Positions 9,501-19,807 are shown, numbered from the stretch's first letter. The stretch is DNA of 64,000 nucleotides from Odoribacter sp. OttesenSCG-928-L07 (GCA_030265965.1 JAJDHA010000001.1:65394-129393); one strand, 5' to 3'. Notes: generated from the letters alone by a model not told the origin. Made by a program: numbers and translations.

Positions 9501-12106
9501 GGATTGTTTATGATATTCTTCTGAAAAACATTTGTAATAGGATTACCACAAGCATCATTAATTTGAGGTATTTCAGCTATAGGATCATAAATTTCGCTTA
9601 TACAAGAAACTGTATTGTAATATGTTGGGTATATTTCTTCGTCAATTACAAGTTCAGGAACTTTTACTTGAAAGATATAGTCCCAATCGGCATAATTACC
9701 TGCGCAATCGAAATAACGGAAAGTGTATGTTACAGTTCCTTCACAAGTAAAGTTTGATTCAGGCGGATTATATGTAGTTGATAAAAGTTGAGGTGAATCA
9801 ATGGTAACTCCACAATTAACCATGATAGGTTCTAACTCATTAACCGGATTATATACACCATCTAAACAATCTACAGTAACAATAGTTGGCGGCTTTGTTA
9901 TTACAAGTTCGGGCATTATATGATATGTGAATGTCCATTCTGCTGTTTCGCCGTTACAATCGGTATAAAAATAAGTGTAGGTTTTTGTCCCGCTGCATGT
10001 TAATGTCCCAGGGATACTGCTAACGCTTGGTGCTGAAGGAGTAAGAATATTACCACAAGCATCTCGAATAGTAGGGATAGTGGTTGGAGGGTTAGCGGCA
10101 TCACTTACACATTTTACATAAGCAACTCCGGGTGCTGCTGTAATTACCAATGGAGGTATTTCCACATGAAATGTAAAATTCCAGACTGCAGTGTCTCCGG
10201 TGCAGTCATAAAATGTGTAATGATAAGTGCGATCTCCATTACAGGTTATTGGACCGGTTGGAGTATAGCCTGTACATATTATAGTAGTAATTTCATTTCC
10301 ACAACCATCGACTATTCCATTCGGTATAAATGAATCTGGCTGAAAAACATCACTTGGACAATTTACCGTTGTATCTCCATCTGCAAAAGTAGGTTGAAAT
10401 GACGGCATATCCTCTATTTTATAAGTATAAGTCCAATTCTTAGTATTTCCTGCGCAATCGGTGTAGGTATAAACATATTTACGTGTACCTTCACATGTTA
10501 ATGGAGAAGGACTATCAATTGTATCTGTTAGTTGGATATCAGTAATAATGTTTTCACAAAAGTCGGGGACATTATCAGGTGGAGTTGGTTCAACCATTTC
10601 ATAGATACAACCAACTAAAACCGGATCAGGATCGTCGGGCAAAGTAAATGTGGGGGGAACTACATTAAAAATGTAATTCCATGTAGCAGAGTTTCCCGAA
10701 CAATCATAGTATGTGTATTCATATCTTCGTGAGCCTGCACATGTAAGCAAGCCATCCGGTTCTTCAAAAATACCGGTAGGAACTGTAGGTTTTGTTACTT
10801 CACCTCCGCATGTATCATATACTGTAGGAAGCATATCAGATGTAGGCATTACTATATCATCAACACAGTTTACAGTAACTACCGTATCCGGTACATTGAT
10901 AACGAAAGTAGAAGCGGTTCCAATAATATATGTACATTCCCATACTTTATTATTACCCAAACAATCATCAAATCGGTAAGTGTATGTTCTGGTACTATTA
11001 CATGTTAATGGAGTCTGGCTGTCAACATAACCCAATAAGGTGTGGGGTATTCTTGATCCGCAAATAGTATCATAAATAACCGGAAGTATCGGTGGAACCG
11101 GCTCAGTAACCTCAGATGGGCAACCAACAGTAATATCAACATGATTTCCGTCAGGTAGCTCAAATCCAGGTGGATTAATATTGTAAGTATATCTCCATAT
11201 CTCTTCATGACCGGAGCAAGGATCGGTGTAAGAATATTCGAAAATACGAGTGCCGGCACATAAAAGTGGATTAGGGTTGTCTATAATAGAAAGTAGAACA
11301 GGTGGAATACTATCACCACAATCATTAGGAACAACAGTGAGTGGTGGTGGAACAGCTTGGGCTATACACTCAATATCTTTCGGATCCGGATCCGGATTAA
11401 TTGTAAAAGGAGGTCTCGTTAATATAATATTTTGTGAGATGGTTGTTGAATTACCGCAAGCATCTGTAATAGTATATATTCTTGTAATTTCTGATTGGCA
11501 TGCATTTTCAGGACGATCTATATGTGTAACAGTAAATAGGTCACTATCTATTGAACAATTATCGGTAATAGCCAAACCAAATGATGCAATCAAGGAAGCA
11601 ATATTATCTTCTGCGGGATAAATAGTTACAAGATCATCAGGGTGGCAGCCTTCAAGAAATTGAGCTGATAAAGTGCCGGTAATAGTAGGTGGTTCATTGT
11701 CTTCTACGATGAAAGTTGTTTGAGCGGCAGCTGTATCTCCATCGGCATCTATTATGGTAACCGAAATATTGTAGGTTCTATTACAAGTTTCAGGTGCAAT
11801 GGTTAATGTAGCTACCAAATCATTAGAGCTTTTTATTGCACCAATCCATTGTACGGAATAATCAGGAGTCGGTGTCCCAGTAATGTTAGCTGTAAAGGTA
11901 ACCATACCTCCGGCAATTGCATTAGAACAAATAGGACTTGTTTCGGAAGCAGTAATTGTAACTGTAAAATCAGCCCGCGAATCCGATTTTCCAAAAACAT
12001 TTTCTTTATCAGGATTGTTTAAAGAATTATTATTGGCAAAAGTGTTAGTGCATGTAATAAACATTAGCATTAACACAGAAAAAAATGATAACAAAAACTT
12101 TTTCAT
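6527..12106 (-). CDS. Giant T9SS-sorted cell-surface repeat protein (adhesin-like)
   Basis: 1859 aa with a signal peptide. About 16 tandem ~85-aa modules with 4 conserved Cys (..V.C....P...LP.V.D.CGN.I........P..C.GTR.Y.Y.YTDCAGN...W.YTF.V). SprB-type repeat GGEITVEASGGTPPYIYCW. Type-A Por C-terminal sorting domain ENITIYPNPANDIINIKF...IVIQH. Confidence 0.9.
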   Translation of the reverse strand: MKKFLLSFFSVLMLMFITCTNTFANNNSLNNPDKENVFGKSDSRADFTVTITASETSPICSNAIAGGMVTFTANITGTPTPDYSVQWIGAIKSSNDLVATLTIAPETCNRTYNISVTIIDADGDTAAAQTTFIVEDNEPPTITGTLSAQFLEGCHPDDLVTIYPAEDNIASLIASFGLAITDNCSIDSDLFTVTHIDRPENACQSEITRIYTITDACGNSTTISQNIILTRPPFTINPDPDPKDIECIAQAVPPPLTVVPNDCGDSIPPVLLSIIDNPNPLLCAGTRIFEYSYTDPCSGHEEIWRYTYNINPPGFELPDGNHVDITVGCPSEVTEPVPPILPVIYDTICGSRIPHTLLGYVDSQTPLTCNSTRTYTYRFDDCLGNNKVWECTYIIGTASTFVINVPDTVVTVNCVDDIVMPTSDMLPTVYDTCGGEVTKPTVPTGIFEEPDGLLTCAGSRRYEYTYYDCSGNSATWNYIFNVVPPTFTLPDDPDPVLVGCIYEMVEPTPPDNVPDFCENIITDIQLTDTIDSPSPLTCEGTRKYVYTYTDCAGNTKNWTYTYKIEDMPSFQPTFADGDTTVNCPSDVFQPDSFIPNGIVDGCGNEITTIICTGYTPTGPITCNGDRTYHYTFYDCTGDTAVWNFTFHVEIPPLVITAAPGVAYVKCVSDAANPPTTIPTIRDACGNILTPSAPSVSSIPGTLTCSGTKTYTYFYTDCNGETAEWTFTYHIMPELVITKPPTIVTVDCLDGVYNPVNELEPIMVNCGVTIDSPQLLSTTYNPPESNFTCEGTVTYTFRYFDCAGNYADWDYIFQVKVPELVIDEEIYPTYYNTVSCISEIYDPIAEIPQINDACGNPITNVFQKNIINNPPGFTCNGTRTYVYRYTDCAGHTADWNYVFQVEREPFTINTTFGLSTVDCIADIDPPTPPGEQDACGNDITDIKLEIVDDPKPLACNGSRTYKYTYRDCAGNTAVWEHVFNIVMPNTLTFTGGQNSANVSCKSEMVEPWQYLPVVEDACGNVITNPIISEPLDTPHDITCEGTRVYTCTYINCNGFEENWVFTYYLTAEPFTINQDMEKTVSCISAALIEPHNTEPSVMPNVTDYCGNIIEEYENINVDYDTLNCQGSVTYTYTFANCVGLEAEWQYKYNIVPQQFIITENYRDTIIECLDLASVLPHTITPSVMPPVYDYCDNDISNTFELTDTIPASDCNGYVEYVYTYTDCAGFEADWRYRYIIEMPQFEMTAEPGEETVLCKSDAYKPDDLLPVVFDYCGDTITNIVYNNVVYNPTPFVYAGTATYHYTYYDCAGNSAPWTYTFNITGPEELIISTEPGNVTVNCLSDVVTPTHLLPAVYDQCGILLNNPQYLGYTDEPNPITCIGTRVYRYEFTDVAGHTAEWTYTYNVAPSVGPSVPGDMQSTITNIADAVVPPLPVIYDACHNIITPTIEQEDEPNPLACQGTRKYTFTYEDCAGNTSQWSYTYILVPNNLYLNLAEVNNGCSGGNGGEITVEASGGTPPYIYCWKKDSGQVFNSDPTYNETYTYTNLFTGTYEVYVLDANGCRQNLFDAITIEMNQGYYGTDVKRLCESELPLTYGDTIIETPGLYEIIFKTQFGCDSIINLTLYTFPSYFIETFDTICANDLPYLWYGQSLTESGIYTAHLQTVANRCDSIYEINLEVINALEITEIGEIHGETECVFSSDVFNGEFIYTIDPVEGATHYEWEIHDAPWHIVHDYGTVCTLYVRTRDVGTITVQAFNDCGSSPITSITMNAHVSIDNIDGENITIYPNPANDIINIKFENYDGETNISIYDTSGKLIDEIDANFNSKVEIIQHNISSYKHGMYFIQIRNKKKSTTERIVIQH

Positions 12107-12503
12107 TTTAATATAATATATTTCGTTTATACTTTTTAATTTCGTCTTATTAATGACAAATTTTATAATATTTCTCCACTAAATTCATTTCAAAATGACT
12201 CAAAATTGTCGCAAATCAACAAATCTAATATTTATAGAATTTTTTATTCTAACTTAAAACGGATAATGACATTGTAATTATTGTATTGATAAATAGAATT
12301 TTATCTAATAATAAAATATCAATATTTGCTTTTTATTAAAACAACTTTTGAAACTATAAAAATTTCAAAAAACGACTCCAAAGGTGTTAATAAATATTAA
12401 ATAAAACAAGTTTTTAGAAAACTTTTTTTGTTAAAACCTTGAATTTTCTAAGGAAGAGGCTAATTAGTAGAAAAATAAATGAAGCTTTTTTAATAAAAAG
12501 AAG

Positions 12504-12511
12504 TAATTTTG
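12504..12511 (+). promoter_or_regulatory. -7 box TAATTTTG upstream of metG
   Basis: Exact TAnnTTTG match, 15 nt upstream of the ATG at 12527. Confidence 0.45.
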
Positions 12512-12526
12512 CAAAAATTTTAATAC

Positions 12527-14566
12527 ATGAATAATTTTAAAAGATATACAGTAACAACTGCTTTGCCGTATGCAAACGGTCCTTTACACATTGGCCACCT
12601 TGCCGGAGTATATATTCCTGCTGATATTTATGTCAGATATTTGAGATCTATCGGCACGGATGTGGTATTTATCGGCGGCTCTGACGAACATGGAGTGCCT
12701 ATAACTATTAAAGCTAGAAAAGAAGGTGTTACCCCGCAGGATATAGTGGATAGATATCACAATATTATTAAGAAATCTTTCGCGGAATTTGGAATATCTT
12801 TTGACGTTTATTCGCGCACATCAAACGAAATACATAAAGAAACGGCATCGGAGTTTTTCCTCAAATTGTATAATGACGGAAAACTTATTGAAGATACGGA
12901 AGAACAATATTATGATGAGGAAGCTAAACAGTTTCTGGCGGATAGATACATTACAGGAACTTGTCCGATTTGCGGAAACCCAAAAGCTTACGGCGACCAA
13001 TGCGAAAGCTGCGGCACTTCTTTGAATGCTCGAGATTTGATTGAGCCTAAATCTACAATTAGCGGTAGCGCTCCTATTTTAAGAGAAACAAAACATTGGT
13101 ACTTGCCTTTGGATAGATATGAAGATTGGCTCAAAGAATGGATCTTAAACGAACATAAAGAATGGAAGGTTAATGTTTATGGTCAATGTAAGTCGTGGCT
13201 TGATGCCGGACTACATCCGCGTGCTGTTACCCGCGATCTTGATTGGGGAGTGAAAGTGCCTCTGAAAGATGCAAACGGTAAAGTACTTTATGTCTGGTTT
13301 GATGCACCGATCGGTTATATTTCTGCTACAAAAGAATTGACTAATGATTGGGAAAAATATTGGAAAGATAAAGATACACGATTAATACACTTCATTGGTA
13401 AAGATAATATTGTATTTCACTGCATTATTTTCCCAACAATGTTGAAAGCAGAAGGCTCTTATATTCTTCCCGACAACGTTCCTGCCTTTGAGTTTTTAAA
13501 TTTAGAAGGTGACAAAATATCTACATCCAGAAATTGGGCAGTATGGTTACACGAATATCTTGTAGATTTTCCGGATAAACAAGATGTGCTGAGATATGTT
13601 CTTACAGCAAATGCACCCGAAACAAAGGATAATGACTTCACTTGGAAAGATTTCCAAACAAAAAATAACAGCGAACTTGTCGCTATTTTCGGAAATTTTA
13701 TTAATAGAACTTTAGTGCTGACACAAAAATATTTCGATGGCTTTGTTCCTCCAAGAAATAAATTTGAAGAAATTGATATTTCTACTTTGGAAGAGCTGAA
13801 ATGTATTCCTACAAGAATTGAAAATAGTCTTGATAATTTCAAATTCAGAGAATCTTTGAGCGAGATGATGAGTCTTGCTCGACTTGGTAATAAATATCTT
13901 ACAGAAACAGAACCGTGGAAAACTTTCAAAGACAATCCTGAACGTGTGCAAACGGTTTTGAATATTGCTCTTCAAATATGCGCAAATCTTGCTGTTGTTT
14001 CAGCGCCATTTTTGCCTTTCACATCTGAAAAAATATTCAGAATGTTGAACTTGCCGAGTATGAAATGGTTTAAAGCCGGTAATACCGACCTTCTTGAGCC
14101 TGAACATAAACTCGGAGAACCTGTTCTACTTTTCGAAAAAATTGAAGATAAAGATATTGAATATCAAATCAACAGATTGGAACAAATAAAAACCGCTAAT
14201 GATAAAGAAAGCGAAGAAATCAAAGTGTCTCCACAAAAAGAAACAATTTGTTTTGATGATTTCGTGAAAATAGATATTAGAACCGGAAAAATACTTGAAG
14301 CTGAAAAAGTTCCAAAAGCTAACAAACTGCTCAAACTAAAAATAGATACCGGTATTGATATCCGTACTGTAGTCTCAGGAATCGCCGAATTTTACAATCC
14401 GGAAGAAATAATCGGACAAAATGTTAGTATTCTCGTGAATCTTGCCCCAAGAAATCTACGCGGAATAGAATCCGAAGGAATGATTTTAATGGCAGAAAAC
14501 AGCGAAGGAAAACTTTGTTTTGTCTCCCCAATAGAAGATTTCAATCCCGGCAGCGAAATCAAATAA
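12527..14566 (+). CDS. metG: Methionine--tRNA ligase
   Basis: HIGH-type PLHIGHL, Zn knuckles CPICG/CESCG, KMSKS-type KISTSRN, C-terminal Trbp111/EMAP-like tRNA-binding domain. Confidence 0.95.
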   Translation: MNNFKRYTVTTALPYANGPLHIGHLAGVYIPADIYVRYLRSIGTDVVFIGGSDEHGVPITIKARKEGVTPQDIVDRYHNIIKKSFAEFGISFDVYSRTSNEIHKETASEFFLKLYNDGKLIEDTEEQYYDEEAKQFLADRYITGTCPICGNPKAYGDQCESCGTSLNARDLIEPKSTISGSAPILRETKHWYLPLDRYEDWLKEWILNEHKEWKVNVYGQCKSWLDAGLHPRAVTRDLDWGVKVPLKDANGKVLYVWFDAPIGYISATKELTNDWEKYWKDKDTRLIHFIGKDNIVFHCIIFPTMLKAEGSYILPDNVPAFEFLNLEGDKISTSRNWAVWLHEYLVDFPDKQDVLRYVLTANAPETKDNDFTWKDFQTKNNSELVAIFGNFINRTLVLTQKYFDGFVPPRNKFEEIDISTLEELKCIPTRIENSLDNFKFRESLSEMMSLARLGNKYLTETEPWKTFKDNPERVQTVLNIALQICANLAVVSAPFLPFTSEKIFRMLNLPSMKWFKAGNTDLLEPEHKLGEPVLLFEKIEDKDIEYQINRLEQIKTANDKESEEIKVSPQKETICFDDFVKIDIRTGKILEAEKVPKANKLLKLKIDTGIDIRTVVSGIAEFYNPEEIIGQNVSILVNLAPRNLRGIESEGMILMAENSEGKLCFVSPIEDFNPGSEIK

Positions 14567-14598
14567 TTTGAAGATTTGAAGATTTGAAGATTTGATGA
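14567..14598. repeat. 8-mer tandem array (TTTGAAGA)x4 starting at the first nt after the metG stop
   Basis: tttgaaga tttgaaga tttgaaga tttgatga. Confidence 0.9.
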
Positions 14599-14668
14599 AA
14601 CCTACGGCGTGCGGGGGGGTGTTGGCAATTATCGGGCTACCGTTCGGAATCCCCTATGGGGATAATCA
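14598..14668 (-). repeat. 77-nt two-hairpin element, copy B (reverse orientation, outer arm of the GC hairpin truncated)
   Basis: The reverse complement reads GATTATCCCCATAGGGGATTCCGAACGGTAGCCCGATAATTGCCAACACCCCCCCGCACGCCGTAGGTTT. Confidence 0.85.
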
Positions 14669-14680
14669 TCTCATCATTTT

Positions 14681-14705
14681 GCCCCTAAATCTAAAGGGGG
14701 CTTTT
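14681..14705 (+). repeat. 28-nt hairpin element, degenerate copy
   Basis: gcccctaaatctaaagggggctttt. Confidence 0.6.
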
Positions 14706-14726
14706 GTATTTTCATCAAATCTTCCC

Positions 14727-14774
14727 CACATCATCATATCACCTAATTATCACATCACCACATCATCACATCAC
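14727..14774. repeat. CATCA/CATCAC low-complexity tract
   Basis: cacatcatcatatcacc...atcacatcaccacatcatcacatcac. Related GATG/GTGATG tracts at 3771-3795, 35728-35745, 60114-60143 and 60551-60575. Confidence 0.7.
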
Positions 14775-14777
14775 AAA

Positions 14778-15563
14778 TCAATACCTTTGTACCAAAATAT
14801 TGGAGCGGTAATCGATTCCGAGCAGTTCGGCGCCGTTTGATTTGTTCATTGCAACTTCAAGATATCCGTGCGAACCGAAAAGAACAACAATATCGGCTTC
14901 TTTTGCATCTGAATATCCGGTGGATATTTTTCCGATTTTATTGGACGTAACTAATATCTCATATGGGGATTTCTTTACAAAATTTTGAAATATTTCTTTA
15001 GTAATATTTGTAATAATATTTTGATAATTGTCTATTAACAATATGTGTCCTTGAAGTATATCTCCATTAATAATGGGTTGAAATGTTATGTAATTCTTTT
15101 TAAATCCTTCTTGTTTACGAAGATATTGCGAATAATTTTCACCTGCAGCAATCAAAATAGCAATTTCTGCAAAGACATCTTTTGTAGAAAATGTAAAAAC
15201 CGGAGATTCCTGTATAAAATCTATTTCATAAATGCTGACTTCTTTATTATAAAACACGATAGGCAAAATACCATTATCAGCGCAAATGAAAAATTGGTCA
15301 TCGGCTTTTACTAAAATATGAGGCGTCTCAATTGAGGCTTCCGAATTAACACCAATGATGTGTATTGTACCTTTTGGAAAAAATTTGTAGCTGTTACTCA
15401 ACACAAAAGCAGCTTCACGAGTATTGAAAGGCGTAATATCATGACTTATGTCGACAATATTTACATCAGGCAATCTCGAAAATATTGTGCCTTTAATAGC
15501 AGCAACATAATGATCTTTATTTCCAAAGTCTGTAAGTAATGTTATAATTTTTTTTACCATCAA
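14778..15563 (-). CDS. SAM hydrolase / SAM-dependent halogenase family protein (DUF62)
   Basis: N-terminal ITLLTDFGNKDHYVAAIKG family signature; 261 aa. Confidence 0.8.
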   Translation of the reverse strand: MMVKKIITLLTDFGNKDHYVAAIKGTIFSRLPDVNIVDISHDITPFNTREAAFVLSNSYKFFPKGTIHIIGVNSEASIETPHILVKADDQFFICADNGILPIVFYNKEVSIYEIDFIQESPVFTFSTKDVFAEIAILIAAGENYSQYLRKQEGFKKNYITFQPIINGDILQGHILLIDNYQNIITNITKEIFQNFVKKSPYEILVTSNKIGKISTGYSDAKEADIVVLFGSHGYLEVAMNKSNGAELLGIDYRSNILVQRY

Positions 15564-15586
15564 TATAATACAATCAAAAAAAAATA

Positions 15587-15594
15587 TACCTTTG
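15587..15594 (+). promoter_or_regulatory. -7 box TACCTTTG upstream of phoH
   Basis: Exact TAnnTTTG match, 46 nt upstream of the ATG at 15641. Confidence 0.45.
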
Positions 15595-15640
15595 TAATCG
15601 TTTACAAAAGTAATTAAAAAAGTTAATCTAAAAATAGAGA

Positions 15641-16585
15641 ATGTCAGAAAGTATTATTAATCTTTCAAATTATGATCCGATAGCAATTTACGGCACACAG
15701 GATGTATATCTTACGAAAATAAAGCAATTGTTTCCGAAGTTAAAAATCATTGCACGCGGCGAACTGATAAAGGTTGTCGGCGCTGAAGAAGATAGAATTG
15801 CATTTGAAAAATATATTGATATGCTTTTATTGCAGATCGATAGTTATGGTCAGATTACTGAGAAAGACCTTGTGGAATGTTTAGTAATGGAGGAAAAAGA
15901 AAATTTACCTTTAAAGGATAATGATTTGATTTTGTATGGCAAAAACGGCAATTTAATTAAGGCGAGAACTAAAAATCAGAAAGTAATGGTTAAGTCGATT
16001 GATTCCAACGATTTACTTTTTGCAATTGGTCCGGCAGGCTCCGGGAAAACATTTACAGCTGTTGCTCTTGCCGTTCGTGCGTTGAAAAATAAAGAGATAA
16101 GAAGAATTATCTTAACTCGTCCGGCTGTTGAAGCAGGCGAAAATCTTGGTTTCCTCCCCGGCGACCTTAAAGAAAAATTAGACCCATATCTCCGCCCGCT
16201 TTATGATGCATTAAACGAAATGCTTCCATCACAAAAATTGAAATCTTATTTGGAAGACGGCACAATTGAAATAGCTCCTTTGGCGTTTATGAGAGGTAGA
16301 ACCTTGAATAACGCATACGCTATACTCGACGAGGCGCAAAATGCTACCGATAAACAACTTAAAATGTTTTTGACTCGAATGGGCGAAGATTCAAAGTTTA
16401 TTATTACAGGAGATATTACTCAAATAGACCTTCCGAAAAAATCTGCGAGCGGACTGCTTAATGCAGATAAAATTTTGAAAAATATTGAAGGTATCGATTT
16501 TATTCATCTTAATGAAAAAGATATTGTGAGACATAAATTAGTGACGTCCATTGTCAAAGCATACGAAAAATATGATATTAATTAA
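15641..16585 (+). CDS. phoH: PhoH-family ATPase
   Basis: Walker A GPAGSGKT and Walker B-like AILDEAQN. Typical length for the family (314 aa). Confidence 0.9.
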   Translation: MSESIINLSNYDPIAIYGTQDVYLTKIKQLFPKLKIIARGELIKVVGAEEDRIAFEKYIDMLLLQIDSYGQITEKDLVECLVMEEKENLPLKDNDLILYGKNGNLIKARTKNQKVMVKSIDSNDLLFAIGPAGSGKTFTAVALAVRALKNKEIRRIILTRPAVEAGENLGFLPGDLKEKLDPYLRPLYDALNEMLPSQKLKSYLEDGTIEIAPLAFMRGRTLNNAYAILDEAQNATDKQLKMFLTRMGEDSKFIITGDITQIDLPKKSASGLLNADKILKNIEGIDFIHLNEKDIVRHKLVTSIVKAYEKYDIN

Positions 16586-16597
16586 TGAAATGTAATT

Positions 16598-17566
16598 ATG
16601 AATGATGTAATTTTAAGAACAGATTTTGATTTTGAAGGTGTAAAAAATATTTATCACGGAAAGGTTAGAGATGTTTACAATATTGAAGATAAATATTTAT
16701 TGATGATTGCTACAGATAGAATTTCTGCATTTGATGTTGTTTTACCAAAAGGAATTCCATACAAAGGACAAGTTCTCAGTCAGATAGCTGATATGTTTTT
16801 AGATTCTACTGAAGATATTGTTCAAAATTGGAAAATAGCTTTACCGGATCCGATGGCTACATTCGGCATTTTATGCGAACCGTTTAAAGTTGAAATGGTT
16901 ATTCGCGGATATCTTACCGGTCACGCATGGAGAGAATATAAGGCAGGTAAAAGAACTCTCTGCGGAATTCCTCTTCCCGAAGGAATGAAAGAAAATGAAA
17001 AATTTCCGGAACCAATTATCACTCCTACAACAAAAGCTGATGAAGGCCATGATGAAGATATCTCGCGTGAAGAAATTATTAAACAAGGACTCGTAAGTGA
17101 AGAAGACTATATCAAGTTGGAAGATTATACACGACGACTTTATCAAAGAGGTTGTGAAATTGCAGATAAACGCGGACTAATTCTCGTTGATACAAAATAT
17201 GAGTTCGGCAAAAAGAATAATGAAATCTTCCTTATTGATGAAATTCATACTCCAGACTCTTCAAGATATTTTTACAAAGAAGGTTATGAAGAATGTATTA
17301 AAGAAGGTAAACAACCAAAACAGTTATCCAAAGAATTTGTCAGACAATGGCTGCTTGATAACGGTTTTAGTGGTCAAGAAGGACAAAAAATACCTGAAAT
17401 GACACCTGAGATTGTGAATAATATCAGCGAAAGATATATAGAATTATATGAAAATATTACCGGTAAAGAGTTCATTAGAACAGATATAAGTAATGTTTTA
17501 GAGAGAGTTGAAGAAAATGTTAAAGAATTTTTGAATATATATTTGGAAAAATATCATTTCAATTAA
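16598..17566 (+). CDS. purC: Phosphoribosylaminoimidazole-succinocarboxamide (SAICAR) synthase
   Basis: [18 protein letters not shown] and LVDTKYEFG motifs; long-form PurC. Confidence 0.9.
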   Translation: MNDVILRTDFDFEGVKNIYHGKVRDVYNIEDKYLLMIATDRISAFDVVLPKGIPYKGQVLSQIADMFLDSTEDIVQNWKIALPDPMATFGILCEPFKVEMVIRGYLTGHAWREYKAGKRTLCGIPLPEGMKENEKFPEPIITPTTKADEGHDEDISREEIIKQGLVSEEDYIKLEDYTRRLYQRGCEIADKRGLILVDTKYEFGKKNNEIFLIDEIHTPDSSRYFYKEGYEECIKEGKQPKQLSKEFVRQWLLDNGFSGQEGQKIPEMTPEIVNNISERYIELYENITGKEFIRTDISNVLERVEENVKEFLNIYLEKYHFN

Positions 17567-17573
17567 AAAGTAT

Positions 17574-17581
17574 TATATTTG
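17574..17581 (+). promoter_or_regulatory. -7 box TATATTTG upstream of recQ
   Basis: Exact TAnnTTTG match, 30 nt upstream of the ATG at 17612. Confidence 0.45.
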
Positions 17582-17611
17582 TACAATAGTTTTTAAACAA
17601 AAAATATTCAA

Positions 17612-19807
17612 ATGACAAAGATGGATCAGTATTCTCTTCATGATTTACTGAAGAAAGTATTCGGTTTTGATAGCTTCAAAGGAGATCAAGAAGCTATCAT
17701 CAGAAGTGTTTTGGATGGACATGATACTTTTGTCATAATGCCTACCGGTAGCGGAAAGTCGATGTGTTATCAATTACCGGCGATTATTAGCGAAGGTACT
17801 GCAATTATTATTTCTCCTTTGATAGCCTTGATGAAGAATCAAGTTGATGCAATCAGAAATTTCGGTCAAGAAAAAGGTATCGCACATGTTCTCAACTCAT
17901 CATTAACACGTACAGAAACACAGCAAGTGAAAGATGATGTGCTAAGTGGCAAAACAAAACTATTGTATGTTGCACCTGAATCTCTTACTAAAGAAGATAA
18001 AATTTCCTTCTTTAAAAAAGTTAATATATCTTTTTATGCTATTGATGAAGCACATTGTATTTCAGAATGGGGGCATGATTTCAGACCGGAATACAGAAGA
18101 ATACGTCCAATAGTTGATGCAATCGGACAAAAGGTTCCAATAATTGCTCTAACGGCAACTGCAACTCCAAAAGTTCAGCAAGATATACAGAAAAATCTCA
18201 ATATGTTGAATGCTAATCTTTTTAAAACATCATTCAATAGACCAAATCTGTATTATGAAGTTCGTTCAAAAGATAAAGACGTTGTAAAAGAAATTATTAA
18301 GTATATAAAAAATAATCAAGGTAAATCGGGAATTATCTACTGCCTCAGCAGAAAAAAAGTAGAAGAAATTGCCGAAGTACTTACTGTTAATAATATTAAA
18401 GCTTTACCTTATCATGCCGGTTTAGATTCCACTACCAGAAAAAGAAATCAAGATATGTTTCTTATGGAAGAAGTCGATGTTATAGTCGCAACTATCGCTT
18501 TTGGTATGGGTATCGACAAGCCGGATGTAAGATTTGTGATTCATTACGATATTCCAAAAAGTCTGGAAGGCTATTACCAAGAAACAGGTAGAGCAGGCAG
18601 AGACGACGGTGAAGGTAATTGTATCGCTTTTTATTCTTATGATGATATTTTGAAATTAGAAAAATTTATGGCAAAGAAAACTGTTGCGGAAAAAGAAATA
18701 TCCGCGCAATTATTACAAGAAACTATTGCTTATGCTGATACTGCAATATGTAGAAGAAAACAATTACTTCATTATTTTGGTGAAACATATAAAGATGATA
18801 ATTGTCATAATTGTGATAATTGCATTAAACCTAAAGAAACTTATGATGCTCAAGACGACCTGATTCTTGTTCTCGAAACTGTTCAAGAAATTAAAGGTCA
18901 ATTTAAAGAAAACCATATCCTCAATATTATTTTAGGAGAAAATAATACGACAATTAAACAGTGCAAACATAATAAGTTGCCAATGTTTGGGAAAGGCTCG
19001 TCTAATAGCGAGAAATATTGGCTTAATGTTATCAGACATGCTTTGGTTGGGAATTTTATTAGTAAAGATATTGAAAATTATGGCTTGCTGAAAATTAGCG
19101 AAAAAGGTCTTGAATTTTTGGAAGAACCTTATGCTGTAACTTTCACGCGCGAACCCGAAGAAGATGAAGAGAATGAAGATATGATTGTTTCTGGAGATCA
19201 TAAAACAAGCTCTTGCGATAAAGTACTTTTCTCTCTGTTGAAAAATTTGAGAAAAGATATCTCCAAAAAAGAAAACTTGCCGCCATTTGTTATCTTCCAA
19301 GATCCATCACTCGAAGATATGGCAATTCAATACCCGATTACAATGGCGGAACTTACGAATATCACAGGTGTTGGACAAGGTAAAGCCGCAAAATACGGAA
19401 AACCTTTCCTCGATCTTATCAAAGTATATGTCGAAGAAAATGATATTATACGTCCGAATGATATGGTTGTTAAATCGGTAATTAATAAATCCGGACTCAA
19501 AGTGTACATCATTCAAAGTATCGACAGAAAACTTTCTTTAGACGATATAGCTTATACTAAGGGTATCGAGTTGGATGAATTACTGACGGAAATGGAAAGT
19601 ATTGTTGCTTCGGGAACAAAATTAAATATCGATTATTATATCAATGAGAATATAGACCTCGAACATCAAGAAGAAATTATCGATTATTTCAGTGAAGCTC
19701 ATACCGATTCTATTCAAGATGCTCTCGTTGAACTCGGTGAAAATGAATATACCGAAGAAGAAATTCGTTTGATGAGGTTAAAATATATTTCTGAAGTCGG
19801 TAATTAA
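17612..19807 (+). CDS. recQ: ATP-dependent DNA helicase RecQ
   Basis: Walker A PTGSGKS, DEAH box (IDEAHC), Zn-binding Cys cluster, RQC and C-terminal HRDC region. Confidence 0.95.
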   Translation: MTKMDQYSLHDLLKKVFGFDSFKGDQEAIIRSVLDGHDTFVIMPTGSGKSMCYQLPAIISEGTAIIISPLIALMKNQVDAIRNFGQEKGIAHVLNSSLTRTETQQVKDDVLSGKTKLLYVAPESLTKEDKISFFKKVNISFYAIDEAHCISEWGHDFRPEYRRIRPIVDAIGQKVPIIALTATATPKVQQDIQKNLNMLNANLFKTSFNRPNLYYEVRSKDKDVVKEIIKYIKNNQGKSGIIYCLSRKKVEEIAEVLTVNNIKALPYHAGLDSTTRKRNQDMFLMEEVDVIVATIAFGMGIDKPDVRFVIHYDIPKSLEGYYQETGRAGRDDGEGNCIAFYSYDDILKLEKFMAKKTVAEKEISAQLLQETIAYADTAICRRKQLLHYFGETYKDDNCHNCDNCIKPKETYDAQDDLILVLETVQEIKGQFKENHILNIILGENNTTIKQCKHNKLPMFGKGSSNSEKYWLNVIRHALVGNFISKDIENYGLLKISEKGLEFLEEPYAVTFTREPEEDEENEDMIVSGDHKTSSCDKVLFSLLKNLRKDISKKENLPPFVIFQDPSLEDMAIQYPITMAELTNITGVGQGKAAKYGKPFLDLIKVYVEENDIIRPNDMVVKSVINKSGLKVYIIQSIDRKLSLDDIAYTKGIELDELLTEMESIVASGTKLNIDYYINENIDLEHQEEIIDYFSEAHTDSIQDALVELGENEYTEEEIRLMRLKYISEVGN

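Noticed and set aside
8925-11621. Multiple + strand ORFs (8925..9413, 9410..9757, 10713..10979, 11250..11621, 11883..12116) inside the giant surface-protein gene
   Set aside because: They are antisense to a 1859-aa ORF with clear domain structure, show biased low-complexity composition and have no recognisable motifs. They are shadow ORFs.
14592-14840. Small ORFs sharing ...ACGGVLAI(L/I)GLPFGIPYGDN... (14592..14840 +, 60434..60667 +, 3737..3967 -) as a conserved micro-protein family
   Set aside because: The similarity is nucleotide-level conservation of the 77-nt element. The copies differ by frame-breaking indels in the C-rich linker. One copy is truncated. The flanks are unrelated repeats, and the element occurs in both orientations relative to transcription.
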